DNA of 64,000 nucleotides, from IMG/VR virus record IMGVR_UViG_3300035661_000009, positions 1 through 64,000 of that record; one strand, 5' to 3'. The translations under genes and the position numbers were made by a program. Positions 35,660-44,758 of the stretch are shown here, in pieces. The stretch's first letter is position 1; each line of letters starts with the position of its first letter. This DNA comes from a virus. The notes beneath the pieces are model-generated. The model saw nothing but the letters and a program-made list of their open reading frames with translations, did no database searches and had not been told where the DNA came from.

Positions 35660-35866
35660 ATGCAAGATGTTAAAGAAAAAATAGAAAACGATCCACATTT
35701 TATCAATATTAAGCGTTTTGATTACTCAATAGACAAGCTCTTAGAACGATATCCCGAAGGGGCTCCAACTAAGATAATTTGTCAAGCGCTTAATATGACC
35801 GAAAAAGAAGTGGAAGAACTGTATACTTCCGTAGTTGAGAAGCTTAAACTGAAACTAGCAATTTAA
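35660..35866 (+). CDS. Small sigma region 4-like HTH protein (68 aa)
   Basis: RYPEGAPTKIICQALNMTEKEVEELYTSVVEKLKLKL; ATG at 35660, just after the upstream stop. Confidence 0.55.
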   Translation: MQDVKEKIENDPHFINIKRFDYSIDKLLERYPEGAPTKIICQALNMTEKEVEELYTSVVEKLKLKLAI

Positions 35867-35923
35867 TCAACATTAGAATACCAATCTTCACCTTGCACTT
35901 AGTGCCACTAACCCAATTTTATC

Positions 35924-38900
35924 ATGTCAAAACTACAAAATTTTAGCTCTCCTCACTGCCATTTACAATCCTTAGACACCGCAACTACGCTTGATGAATT
36001 CGTTCGTCGCGAGGTTGAACTCGAAACCGGCACCTTAACCTGTACAGATCACGGGTATTTAGGTGCTTGTCGCGATGCTTATAGACTAGCAAAAGAAAAC
36101 AAATTAACTCCAATTCTAGGTATTGAAGGTTATCACCGAGATGATAACTGCGATATTCTTGGCAATGCTGGATTTAAGAAAGATTCTAAAGGCACATATC
36201 AAGATATCTATAAGTATGGTCATATTACTATTCACGCTCTTGACCAAAAGAGTTTTGAATTCATTATTAAGAAGACATCAGACCGCGATTTAACCGCAGA
36301 ACAACACGGCTCTGAACGTAAACCTATTTTTACTTGGGACGATCTTGAAGAAATCGGTGCTCAAAACGTCACCTACACAACGGGCTGCCTAATCGGAGTT
36401 GTAGGTAGGCACTTTAAAGATGGTAGAGTTGAGATTGCAGATAAATATTACGACCGTCTTCGCAGTTTTATCAAGCAAGAGAACTTCTATGTCGAATTAT
36501 TTACACACAAATGCGATAAAAATTGGGTAAGTGGTGCGTTCTTAACTCTAGAGGGTGGAGAAACTAAGAAATATTATCTAGGCAAAAAGGTTAAAACTGA
36601 AGAATTTGAAGAAATCAGCGTAGCCGACTTAGCCAAAGCAGTAGGCAAGGGCAAGAAGGTTGGTAAATTACTTGCCATTAAGAACAATCGGTCTTGGGAT
36701 GTCATAGAACCTAAGGAAATTGTTGATTGTCAGATAATTCAAGACTTCATAACTAACGAATGCACCCCTTGGAACCCTGACGGAGACATACAGAAGGCAC
36801 TTAATCAATATATGCTCCAGAAGGCCGCTAAATACGGAGATAAGGTTTTGATTTCTGATGACGCTCACTATGCCTTCCCTGAAGAAAAAATCATTCAGGA
36901 AGCCAAATTAGGTGGTATGGGAGATAGTTTTAGGTTCTATGGTAACTATCATAGGCATACTTCAGATGAAGCCTTTGTTCATTTTAAGGAAACTCTTGGT
37001 CTTGATGAAAAGCAATTTCAAAAAATCTTAAATAATAATATTGAGTGGGCAGAAAAGTTTAAGAATTTTGAATTAAAGAATGAAATCTCACTCCCCACCT
37101 CATTCTATCCTAAAAATACTCTTGAGCATCTAATTAAGCTAATTAATGAAAAAGGGCGCATGGATTGGGGTAATGAAGTCATGAAAGCCAGACTTCAGTC
37201 AGAAATAGAACTAATCCATAAAAATGGTACAATTGATTTAATCCCCTACTTCTTCTTAGCTGAAGAAGGTGTAAGAATTCACGAAGAAGCTGAAGTATTG
37301 ACTGGGGTAGGTCGCGGCTCTGCTGCTGGAATGTTAATTTCGTATCTTCTTGGCATTACTCATATAGATCCATTGAAGTACGATCTAAGTCAAGATCGAT
37401 TTCTGACATCAGATCGTATCAAAACTGGTAAGTTACCAGATATTGATCAAGATCTTCCTAATAGAGATTTGCTCCTACCTTGGCTAAAATCTAGATTCGG
37501 GAATAATTCTGCTCAAGTAAGCACGAACGGCTTATTAAGATTAAAATCTTCTATATTAAATGTAGCCAGAGCTACTTGGGGGTCTGTCCCAGTAGAAATT
37601 GAATTATTGACCAAATCCATACCTAGTACCCCGCAAGGAGTAGAAGATCTTGATTTTATTTATGGATATGTCTCTGAGGACGAGAAAGAAGTAAAGGGAC
37701 TATTAGAAACTCACGATGAATTAAAAGCTTATACGAAGAAATATCCAGAACAGTGGGCAATTGTTTTAAAAATGGCGGGAACTCAGAGAAGTAAGGGGCG
37801 TCACGCCTCGGCTTGGGTTATTGCAGATAAACCTATAGATTCATTTATTCCTGTAATGACTATTGGTGGTTTTAGAGCAACAGCTTATACTCATAAAGCT
37901 TGCGAAGAATCTGGTGCTTTAAAGATGGATTATCTATCTTTAAACACGCTTATTGATATTCAAGGAGCTTTAAGGCTTATTCAACAAAGAAGCGCTAATA
38001 AGCCTATTGAGAAGTCTTATATATTGAATGGCAAGAAAGTTCCTAGTTTTAGAATAGTTCCATTTGAAGGTAAAATGTATGATATTTGGGATCTTCCTGA
38101 AAGGACGGAAGTATTCAATGAAATTGCAGATGGAAAGACAGAAACTGTATTTCAATTAAGCACCTCTTCAGCAAAAAAATGGTTAAAAGAGTTCAACTAT
38201 TGGACGAACGATGATCGTAAAGAAAAATCAATCAATAGCATTGCCTCTATTTCAGCTTTTACCGCTCTTGATCGTCCGGGGCCTCTGGATGCCATTATCA
38301 CGGATGGAGTTAGTAGTAGGAACATGCTAGAAGAATACGCCAGCCGCGCCCGTGGAGAACAACCACTAGACGAAATTCCGTTTATGACTCATGCATTGCC
38401 AGAAACATTTGGAACAATGGTTTACCAAGAGCAGTTGCAGTCTATTTATCAACAACTTACTGACTGTACTGGTATTGAAGCCAATAAGTTTCGCGAAGAC
38501 GTTTCAAAGAAGAAGGTCACTAAGATTAACGAAAGGTTCCCATCTTTTATTAAAGCAGCCACAGATAAGATAGGGGCTGAATCAGCCAAAAAAATTTGGG
38601 ATCAGATATTTACTTTCGGGCAATACGGATTCAATAAAAGTATGGATGGAACAACAATCCTAAATTACAAAGGTGGCCAAAAGCAACTTAAGGATTTTAA
38701 GGGAGGCGAAATAGTCAATGGCGTTAACGAGCATGGGAATGTAATAGAAACTGAAGTGGTTAAATTACATAATCATGGTGTTTTAGCTGCCTTTGAAATT
38801 ACGTTCGATGATAATTCAAAAGTAACGTCTTCAATTAATCACAAGTTCCTTACGGAAGAAGGCCAAAAACCATTGTATGAAATCATTAATAGAGGAATCG

Positions 38901-40327
38901 AAGTGTACAGCAGACCTGAAGTCAATGACCCGGCCTTAACGTTATTGTCACAGGAAGAAGTGTCTAATTTGTCGCAAGACAAAGCCCTTGATACGGCTAG
39001 CGGCACCGTGCTTCGTAAGTTCCAGCGGCAGGTTAAAAACAGAATGGCTGGAATAGCTTATAGCGATGCTCCAGTCTCCAAAACCCGGAGTATGGTGTTG
39101 CGGAAAATTGTACGAATCCGTTACATGGGCCCAAAACAAATGTACGATCTTGAAGTATCCCACCCCAAACATAATTTTCTCCTCCCAAATGGAGTAGTGA
39201 CTAGTAATAGCCACAGCACCAGTTACGCAGTTACCGCCTACGCCTGTGCCTTCTTAAAATACTATTTTCCTCTAGAATGGTGGTGTGGAGTTCTACAAAA
39301 CGCAGAGAAAGAAGAGATTGCTGTTAAATTTTGGAAGCACTGTAAGAGTTTTATCAACCTTCCAGAAATCTCTCTATCTGAAGACAACTTCACGGTCAAA
39401 AATAACCGTATTCAGGCCCCAATTGGAATGCTTGTTGGTGTAGGTCCAAAGGCACAGCAAGAATTATCTAAATATCGTCCATACACCTCAATTACCGACT
39501 TTACTGATAAAATTAGTAAGCACAAAAGAGCTGGTGCTAAGGTACTTGGCGAGAAGGTCAAGGCAGGAACTAGTGCGTTGAATCGCGGAGTCGTAAGCAA
39601 GCTGATAGTAAGCGGCGTAATGGATACACTATTCCCCTCTAATTTAGATACCATAGGCAAGTTAGAGACATTTGAAACAGCCTTAGGAGTATCGTTAGGC
39701 AAGCGTACACAAAAGATTAAAGAAGAGTACCGTGGAATAACTCCTATTAAGATTTATCAATATAAGAAGGAAATTTTACCTGTCTATACAGATTCATTAC
39801 AGAAGTATTTATACGATCTACATATTGACGGAGTAGAAAAAAAGATTAAAACCATAGGTGGCGTAGAACAAGTAGTTTATACTTACCTCCCTACCAATCC
39901 AGAAACTATTGATTATATTACCAAATCTTTTGATAAGAAAGAATTCGTAGGAAAGTTAGTATTTGTTGATGGAGAAATCTTGTCTTATATGGACAAAGAT
40001 GCTATAGTCGACCCCAATGAGCCATTGCACGTAGCAGTTGCGGCATATGTCATTGATGCTCGTCCGTTTAGCTTCATTTCTAAGAAAACTAAGAAAACTA
40101 AGAAAGCTGTAGAGTTTACATTAGATATAAACGGAGAAGTATTCAAGGTAGTGAAGTGGACAACTAAGCAGGGTGAAGTAATTGTGCCAGAAAATCCAGT
40201 AATAGGTTCGATAGTTATAGCTATACTAGGAAGATGGAACGAAAGAGGTTTTTCAATAGAATCAATTCAAAAAGTAGTAGAACCAGCAAACTCAGAACCA
40301 GAAAAGGAAGAATTAAGTGAAAAATAA
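35924..40327 (+). CDS. dnaE: DNA polymerase III alpha subunit (intein-containing)
   Basis: PHP motifs HCH, TDHG, DAHY; GRGSAAG, PDIDQD, KMDYL, MVYQEQ, YGFNK|SH. Confidence 0.95.
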   Translation: MSKLQNFSSPHCHLQSLDTATTLDEFVRREVELETGTLTCTDHGYLGACRDAYRLAKENKLTPILGIEGYHRDDNCDILGNAGFKKDSKGTYQDIYKYGHITIHALDQKSFEFIIKKTSDRDLTAEQHGSERKPIFTWDDLEEIGAQNVTYTTGCLIGVVGRHFKDGRVEIADKYYDRLRSFIKQENFYVELFTHKCDKNWVSGAFLTLEGGETKKYYLGKKVKTEEFEEISVADLAKAVGKGKKVGKLLAIKNNRSWDVIEPKEIVDCQIIQDFITNECTPWNPDGDIQKALNQYMLQKAAKYGDKVLISDDAHYAFPEEKIIQEAKLGGMGDSFRFYGNYHRHTSDEAFVHFKETLGLDEKQFQKILNNNIEWAEKFKNFELKNEISLPTSFYPKNTLEHLIKLINEKGRMDWGNEVMKARLQSEIELIHKNGTIDLIPYFFLAEEGVRIHEEAEVLTGVGRGSAAGMLISYLLGITHIDPLKYDLSQDRFLTSDRIKTGKLPDIDQDLPNRDLLLPWLKSRFGNNSAQVSTNGLLRLKSSILNVARATWGSVPVEIELLTKSIPSTPQGVEDLDFIYGYVSEDEKEVKGLLETHDELKAYTKKYPEQWAIVLKMAGTQRSKGRHASAWVIADKPIDSFIPVMTIGGFRATAYTHKACEESGALKMDYLSLNTLIDIQGALRLIQQRSANKPIEKSYILNGKKVPSFRIVPFEGKMYDIWDLPERTEVFNEIADGKTETVFQLSTSSAKKWLKEFNYWTNDDRKEKSINSIASISAFTALDRPGPLDAIITDGVSSRNMLEEYASRARGEQPLDEIPFMTHALPETFGTMVYQEQLQSIYQQLTDCTGIEANKFREDVSKKKVTKINERFPSFIKAATDKIGAESAKKIWDQIFTFGQYGFNKSMDGTTILNYKGGQKQLKDFKGGEIVNGVNEHGNVIETEVVKLHNHGVLAAFEITFDDNSKVTSSINHKFLTEEGQKPLYEIINRGIEVYSRPEVNDPALTLLSQEEVSNLSQDKALDTASGTVLRKFQRQVKNRMAGIAYSDAPVSKTRSMVLRKIVRIRYMGPKQMYDLEVSHPKHNFLLPNGVVTSNSHSTSYAVTAYACAFLKYYFPLEWWCGVLQNAEKEEIAVKFWKHCKSFINLPEISLSEDNFTVKNNRIQAPIGMLVGVGPKAQQELSKYRPYTSITDFTDKISKHKRAGAKVLGEKVKAGTSALNRGVVSKLIVSGVMDTLFPSNLDTIGKLETFETALGVSLGKRTQKIKEEYRGITPIKIYQYKKEILPVYTDSLQKYLYDLHIDGVEKKIKTIGGVEQVVYTYLPTNPETIDYITKSFDKKEFVGKLVFVDGEILSYMDKDAIVDPNEPLHVAVAAYVIDARPFSFISKKTKKTKKAVEFTLDINGEVFKVVKWTTKQGEVIVPENPVIGSIVIAILGRWNERGFSIESIQKVVEPANSEPEKEELSEK
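38639..39208 (+). mobile_element. Mini-intein in DnaE (190 aa)
   Basis: FNK|SMDG...SSINHKF...MYDLEV..PKHNFLLPNGVVTSN|SH. Confidence 0.88.
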
Positions 40328-41066
40328 ATTAGAATCATTATCAAAACTATTAGAAACAATAGAAAGTACAGAAGCCGAAGCTACGCTAGATGTAATGAAT
40401 TTCCCATATGCCAATCGTCCAAGCATAGAAATGCGCGTCCGCCAGTCAAAAACAGCGCTGCCTAAGTTACGTAGCGACTATGGTCGAGAATTCATTAAAA
40501 CCGTAACCAAGGTTATTATTAATTCAGACAAAGAAGGCAGCGCCCAACTAGCTAAGTTAGTGTCAAAAGAAGGAGTGATTGCCAAGCCCGCAAATACAGT
40601 GTATGATATGCTTACAGACTTCACTGCCCCTCGGCTAGATAATAACGTATTTACAACTAACAGTTTCTTGGCCTTAATGGAAATGATGCATACGACTGCC
40701 CGTGGCTTTAGTTTGCGAGCAAAAGCAGAAACCCAAGCACCGCCGCCTATAAACATAGAACACAGAAGCCAATTACACGCATTGGTTAAAGATTTCGTAG
40801 ATAAGTTCTATGGTCCAATTCTTAACGAATTGCACATAACTAATGAATTAATTAATCAAGCTTTATCTGATAAGTTAAACAAAGAAGTAACGGTATTAAT
40901 CGTTCCTGAAACGTCTAACAAGTTAGATAATCTACTAGCAGGGCAGCCCTCTTTGCAAGTAGAGTTGGATCCGGGCGAAGAAGTAAATAAGTCGTTAGCA
41001 ATGAAGATATACAGAAAAGTCTCAGATTCATTCAACAAACAAACAATCAAAACAAATAAGGAATAA
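40317..41066 (+). CDS. Hypothetical protein
   Basis: 249 aa, GTG start, between dnaE and ssb. Confidence 0.65.
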   Translation: MKNKLESLSKLLETIESTEAEATLDVMNFPYANRPSIEMRVRQSKTALPKLRSDYGREFIKTVTKVIINSDKEGSAQLAKLVSKEGVIAKPANTVYDMLTDFTAPRLDNNVFTTNSFLALMEMMHTTARGFSLRAKAETQAPPPINIEHRSQLHALVKDFVDKFYGPILNELHITNELINQALSDKLNKEVTVLIVPETSNKLDNLLAGQPSLQVELDPGEEVNKSLAMKIYRKVSDSFNKQTIKTNKE

Positions 41067-41067
41067 T

Positions 41068-42051
41068 ATGTCAAATATCGGAAAACCAGTATACGGAAAT
41101 CAAAGTAACGCAAAAGCAAATGCAGCAAACGCCAATTGGAAGATTGGCGACGAAGGTAGTCATATTTACCGAGTGTTGCCTCCATTTGGCACTAATGCAG
41201 AAAGCGGTCGGTGGTCACAATACGAAGCTTTACATTGGGGCTTTGCATTAAGTAACGGGAAGAAGCGTGTATTCCGTTGCATGCAACGAAAGAACCGCAA
41301 GACAGGCATGATAGATGTAGAATGCCCAATGTGTACTAAAATTGAAGAACAAAAAGCCGTTCTTGAACAAAAGCAAAAAGAATTAAAATCAAGCGGAAAA
41401 AGCAAAGATCAGATAAAGGCAATTTTAGAGCCTCTAAATGACTGGCTCCAACGCTATAACGTTCAAAAAGGTCACTTCGTTAACGCCCTTCGTCGTGACG
41501 GTCAAATCGGTCGATTGTTTATTAAGATTAAGTGTAAGCAATCATTAGATAAAACCTGCAAGGAATTGGTTGAAAAAGAAGGTATCGACCCAATTTGGGC
41601 TCAAGAAGGCGTATGGCTAGATTTTCAACGTACGGGAATGGATAGAGATACTACATACAATGTTGTTCCAGCAATGGAAGACATTGAAGTAAATGGTCGT
41701 AGATTAAAGGACATTTGTCGTGCGCCACTCAATGAAGAAATAATTGAACGCATGAAGAAAGAAGCTTGGGATTTGGCTACATATCATAAAGACTTAGCTT
41801 ACAACGAAATACTTATGCTAGTTAATTCAGATGGTGACCCGGAAATAGTTGATTCAGTATTCGGGGCACCAGCAATATCAACTGCCCCCAAGGCCGAACC
41901 GGAATATGAACCTGAAGAAAGCGATGTAGATCCGGCTCCTGCTAAAGTAGCTCCTCCAGCACGACCTAAGGTAAGCAATACAGCTAGCTCAAGGGCTGTA
42001 ATGGCATCTGCCGAAGAGTTCATGAAGGAAATTAACAAGGACGACCTGTAA
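41068..42051 (+). CDS. Single-stranded DNA-binding protein (T4 gp32-like)
   Basis: YRVLPP, HWG, C...ECPMC Zn site, RTG...TTYNV, acidic tail ending DDL. Confidence 0.8.
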   Translation: MSNIGKPVYGNQSNAKANAANANWKIGDEGSHIYRVLPPFGTNAESGRWSQYEALHWGFALSNGKKRVFRCMQRKNRKTGMIDVECPMCTKIEEQKAVLEQKQKELKSSGKSKDQIKAILEPLNDWLQRYNVQKGHFVNALRRDGQIGRLFIKIKCKQSLDKTCKELVEKEGIDPIWAQEGVWLDFQRTGMDRDTTYNVVPAMEDIEVNGRRLKDICRAPLNEEIIERMKKEAWDLATYHKDLAYNEILMLVNSDGDPEIVDSVFGAPAISTAPKAEPEYEPEESDVDPAPAKVAPPARPKVSNTASSRAVMASAEEFMKEINKDDL

Positions 42052-42057
42052 TACCTT

Positions 42058-42086
42058 GGGTGGGGAGCAATCCTCGCCCTCTTTTT
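42058..42086 (+). terminator. Intrinsic terminator after ssb
   Basis: GGGTGGGGA-GCAA-TCCTCGCCC stem with GNRA loop, followed by TCTTTTT. Confidence 0.7.
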
Positions 42087-42098
42087 AGGAGTATAAGA

Positions 42099-42656
42099 AT
42101 GTTCGAACTTGGCACATTACTAAAGATTCCACGGGGAACCCCAAACGTTCCACCACTGATCTTAGAATTACAAGAAATAGAAACTGTAGAAAAACGTAAA
42201 CACGAAATCACGTTTGCTAATAAAGAAACAGCGCCTGAATTAATGCATATCTTTAATAAGGCATATTGTGCAGTAACCAGAATGTTAGCTCAGGTAAGTT
42301 ATGAATACTCAGAAGCTCGCAAATGGGCTGACAAGCGTAAAGGTGCGATATTATTAGATATAGCCCCAGAAATACTAAAGAAAAAGGGATTATCAAGTAG
42401 TGTAGATTTACGAAAGGCGGTGTTAGATCAAGATGAAGAATATTTAGTTTTACTTGATAAATTAAATATGCTAGAAGCCGTACACGAATACCTAAGATCT
42501 AAAGCAAAGGGATTCGAGATGTCATATCAATCAACAAAGAAAATATTCGATCAATCAAATAACGGCTTAGGCAATACACATAATATGTATTCTTTCGGCG
42601 TTGAAGAATCACCAGATCCAGACGATAAAAAAATAGGAAAACCAAAATATGGCTAA
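42099..42656 (+). CDS. Putative UvsY-like recombination mediator
   Basis: Helical protein between ssb and recA; LRKAVLDQDEEY; AGGAG RBS before ATG 42099. Confidence 0.5.
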   Translation: MFELGTLLKIPRGTPNVPPLILELQEIETVEKRKHEITFANKETAPELMHIFNKAYCAVTRMLAQVSYEYSEARKWADKRKGAILLDIAPEILKKKGLSSSVDLRKAVLDQDEEYLVLLDKLNMLEAVHEYLRSKAKGFEMSYQSTKKIFDQSNNGLGNTHNMYSFGVEESPDPDDKKIGKPKYG

Positions 42657-43797
42657 CAAATATGTAAAGATGCTAAATGAAATGTCAGGGTTCGTAGATC
42701 ACCAAAAAGATTACTTCGTAGAAGGCGTGAGAACCCCATCCTCATCCGTTAACTTCGTATTTGGCAATACGCATTTAATTCCATTTGGAGCTTCATGTAT
42801 TTTATGGGGGCCACCGAAGGGAGGTAAGAGTCTTATCTCAAGTTTCATGATAGGTCAACTTCACAAAGATTATCCTGATGCAATTGCCATTAAGATAAAT
42901 ACCGAATTACGTGAACACTTCCAAATGACCCCACGGTCAATGAAAATGTTCGGAATTGACCCAGATCGCTACGCCGCTCGCAATACAGGCAAAGCCGAAG
43001 AAATCTTCGATTTTATTGAAAAAGAAGTCGTCGATTTATGTCAAAAAGGGGCGAAGATCAAGCTCATAGTCATAGATTCAATTACCGATATCATGGGCCG
43101 AAATCTTGCCAACGCAGAAAGCGTCGGGAAGTTCCTCATGGGGGATGACGCTGCAACGCAGCAAGCTGGGTTAAGACGTATTCGAAGTGTACTACGTGAA
43201 TGGGGTATTACTCTGGTCATGATAAGCCAAGAAAGGGCTGTTTTGGACCCCGTAGAGATAATGCGTGGTAAGAAGACGAAGATGGCGGGGGCGTTCTATC
43301 TAAAGCACTTCGCTGAATACTTCGTTTATGTCGCTCCTAACGAAAGCAAGGAAGGCAAAGAAGATTTCCTAGGCCATAAACTAGAAGATGAGTCATTGAC
43401 CGATATGGTGGGTAATTCAGAAAAAGCCTTCCAAAAGGTCAAAGTGGTAATGAATGATTCTTCTGTGGGTATAGCCAAGCGTGCAGGGGAGTTTACATTC
43501 CATAAGTTCAAGGGAATAGTTAATATGGAAGAAGAGGCCTTTAAAATGGCCTGTGCCCGAAACGTTCTTGAAAGACCTAATAACAGGACCTATGTATTAA
43601 AAGATTGGCCTTCTAAGGGACAACAGGCACAATGGGTAGGTAAAGAAGAGACATTGACCAACATTAGGCTAAACGACGATTTAGCCAAAGAATTAGTTAA
43701 CAGAGTGAAGGCTAAAGACATTGACCAATTCCGTAATGGTATTGAAGATACGGATACTGATATAACAACAGAAATCGCGGATGATCAACCCAAGTAA
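42649..43797 (+). CDS. recA: RecA/UvsX recombinase
   Basis: WGPPKGGKS, NTE, GIDPDR, IVIDSI, ISQER, LKHFA. Confidence 0.85.
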   Translation: MANKYVKMLNEMSGFVDHQKDYFVEGVRTPSSSVNFVFGNTHLIPFGASCILWGPPKGGKSLISSFMIGQLHKDYPDAIAIKINTELREHFQMTPRSMKMFGIDPDRYAARNTGKAEEIFDFIEKEVVDLCQKGAKIKLIVIDSITDIMGRNLANAESVGKFLMGDDAATQQAGLRRIRSVLREWGITLVMISQERAVLDPVEIMRGKKTKMAGAFYLKHFAEYFVYVAPNESKEGKEDFLGHKLEDESLTDMVGNSEKAFQKVKVVMNDSSVGIAKRAGEFTFHKFKGIVNMEEEAFKMACARNVLERPNNRTYVLKDWPSKGQQAQWVGKEETLTNIRLNDDLAKELVNRVKAKDIDQFRNGIEDTDTDITTEIADDQPK

Positions 43798-44758
43798 ATT
43801 ACGGGAAATGATTGAAGAAGGAGGGGTGTCTTTCAAGGAAGGCGCCTCTTCTTTTATTTTCACTTGTCCCAGATGCAATAAACCAGAAAAACTATACGTC
43901 AGGAAGACTGACGGTAGATTTGTATGCTTTGTATGCCAAGAAGAAAGTAGATTTGCCGGTAAAGCTGAATTCGGCCTATCTGAAATATATGGTATAACTA
44001 TATCCGAAGCTAGAGAAAGAATCTACAATTACAGCACATTTAAGGCAAAAGAACTGCTCACACTACAGCTAAACGATCCTTATGAGCTAAACTATGACGT
44101 AGAAGAGTCTTTTGGATTAGATGAGGTAGAATACCCAATAGACTTTGTAGATAGATACAGTAAATTATTCCCAAAAGCTAGAGAATATCTATTAGGTCGT
44201 GGTTTAAACAATGAAATAATAGAATATTACGATATTAGATTCCACCCCAGCTGGAAGACGGTCATATTCCCTATTAAAATAGACTCAATTTTAGTAGGTT
44301 GGCAAGAAAGAGCCATAGATAGAAACTTCAAATTTACGTCAAAGGGCTTCAAAAAGGCTCAATGTCTTATGTTTCAAGATAATTTGTCTAATTCCGATCA
44401 TGCAATTCTGTGCGAAGGTCCAGTAGACGCTCTTAAAATGCATTATATGGGCGGTGCCGTGGCTAGTATGGGAAAGGGCGTGTCCGAAACACAGATAAAT
44501 ATCATCAAAGATTCAGTAAAGAAGCTGTATATAGCATTAGATCCTGACGCTAATACAGAAATTGACTCATTGTGTCGCACCATGTATGATGATATGGATG
44601 AAATTTATATAATAGAGCCACCAAAGGGTCGAAAAGACCTTGGTGAGTGTTCATTTGAAGAAACTGAACAACAATTTAAGAATGCTAAGCCTTATAACGG
44701 CCAAGTATTTATGCATTTAAAGCAGTTAAGGAAACTATATGGCCCAAACGGAGAATGA
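43781..44758 (+). CDS. dnaG: DNA primase
   Basis: CPRC/CFVC Zn finger; TOPRIM CEGPVDAL, ALDPDA, KDLGE. Confidence 0.88.
   Translation: MINPSKLREMIEEGGVSFKEGASSFIFTCPRCNKPEKLYVRKTDGRFVCFVCQEESRFAGKAEFGLSEIYGITISEARERIYNYSTFKAKELLTLQLNDPYELNYDVEESFGLDEVEYPIDFVDRYSKLFPKAREYLLGRGLNNEIIEYYDIRFHPSWKTVIFPIKIDSILVGWQERAIDRNFKFTSKGFKKAQCLMFQDNLSNSDHAILCEGPVDALKMHYMGGAVASMGKGVSETQINIIKDSVKKLYIALDPDANTEIDSLCRTMYDDMDEIYIIEPPKGRKDLGECSFEETEQQFKNAKPYNGQVFMHLKQLRKLYGPNGE

Noticed and set aside
36510-36780. Insertion in the DnaE PHP domain faintly resembling a Hint N-terminus
   Set aside because: No block B His and no terminal HN/SN plus nucleophile; similarity too weak.
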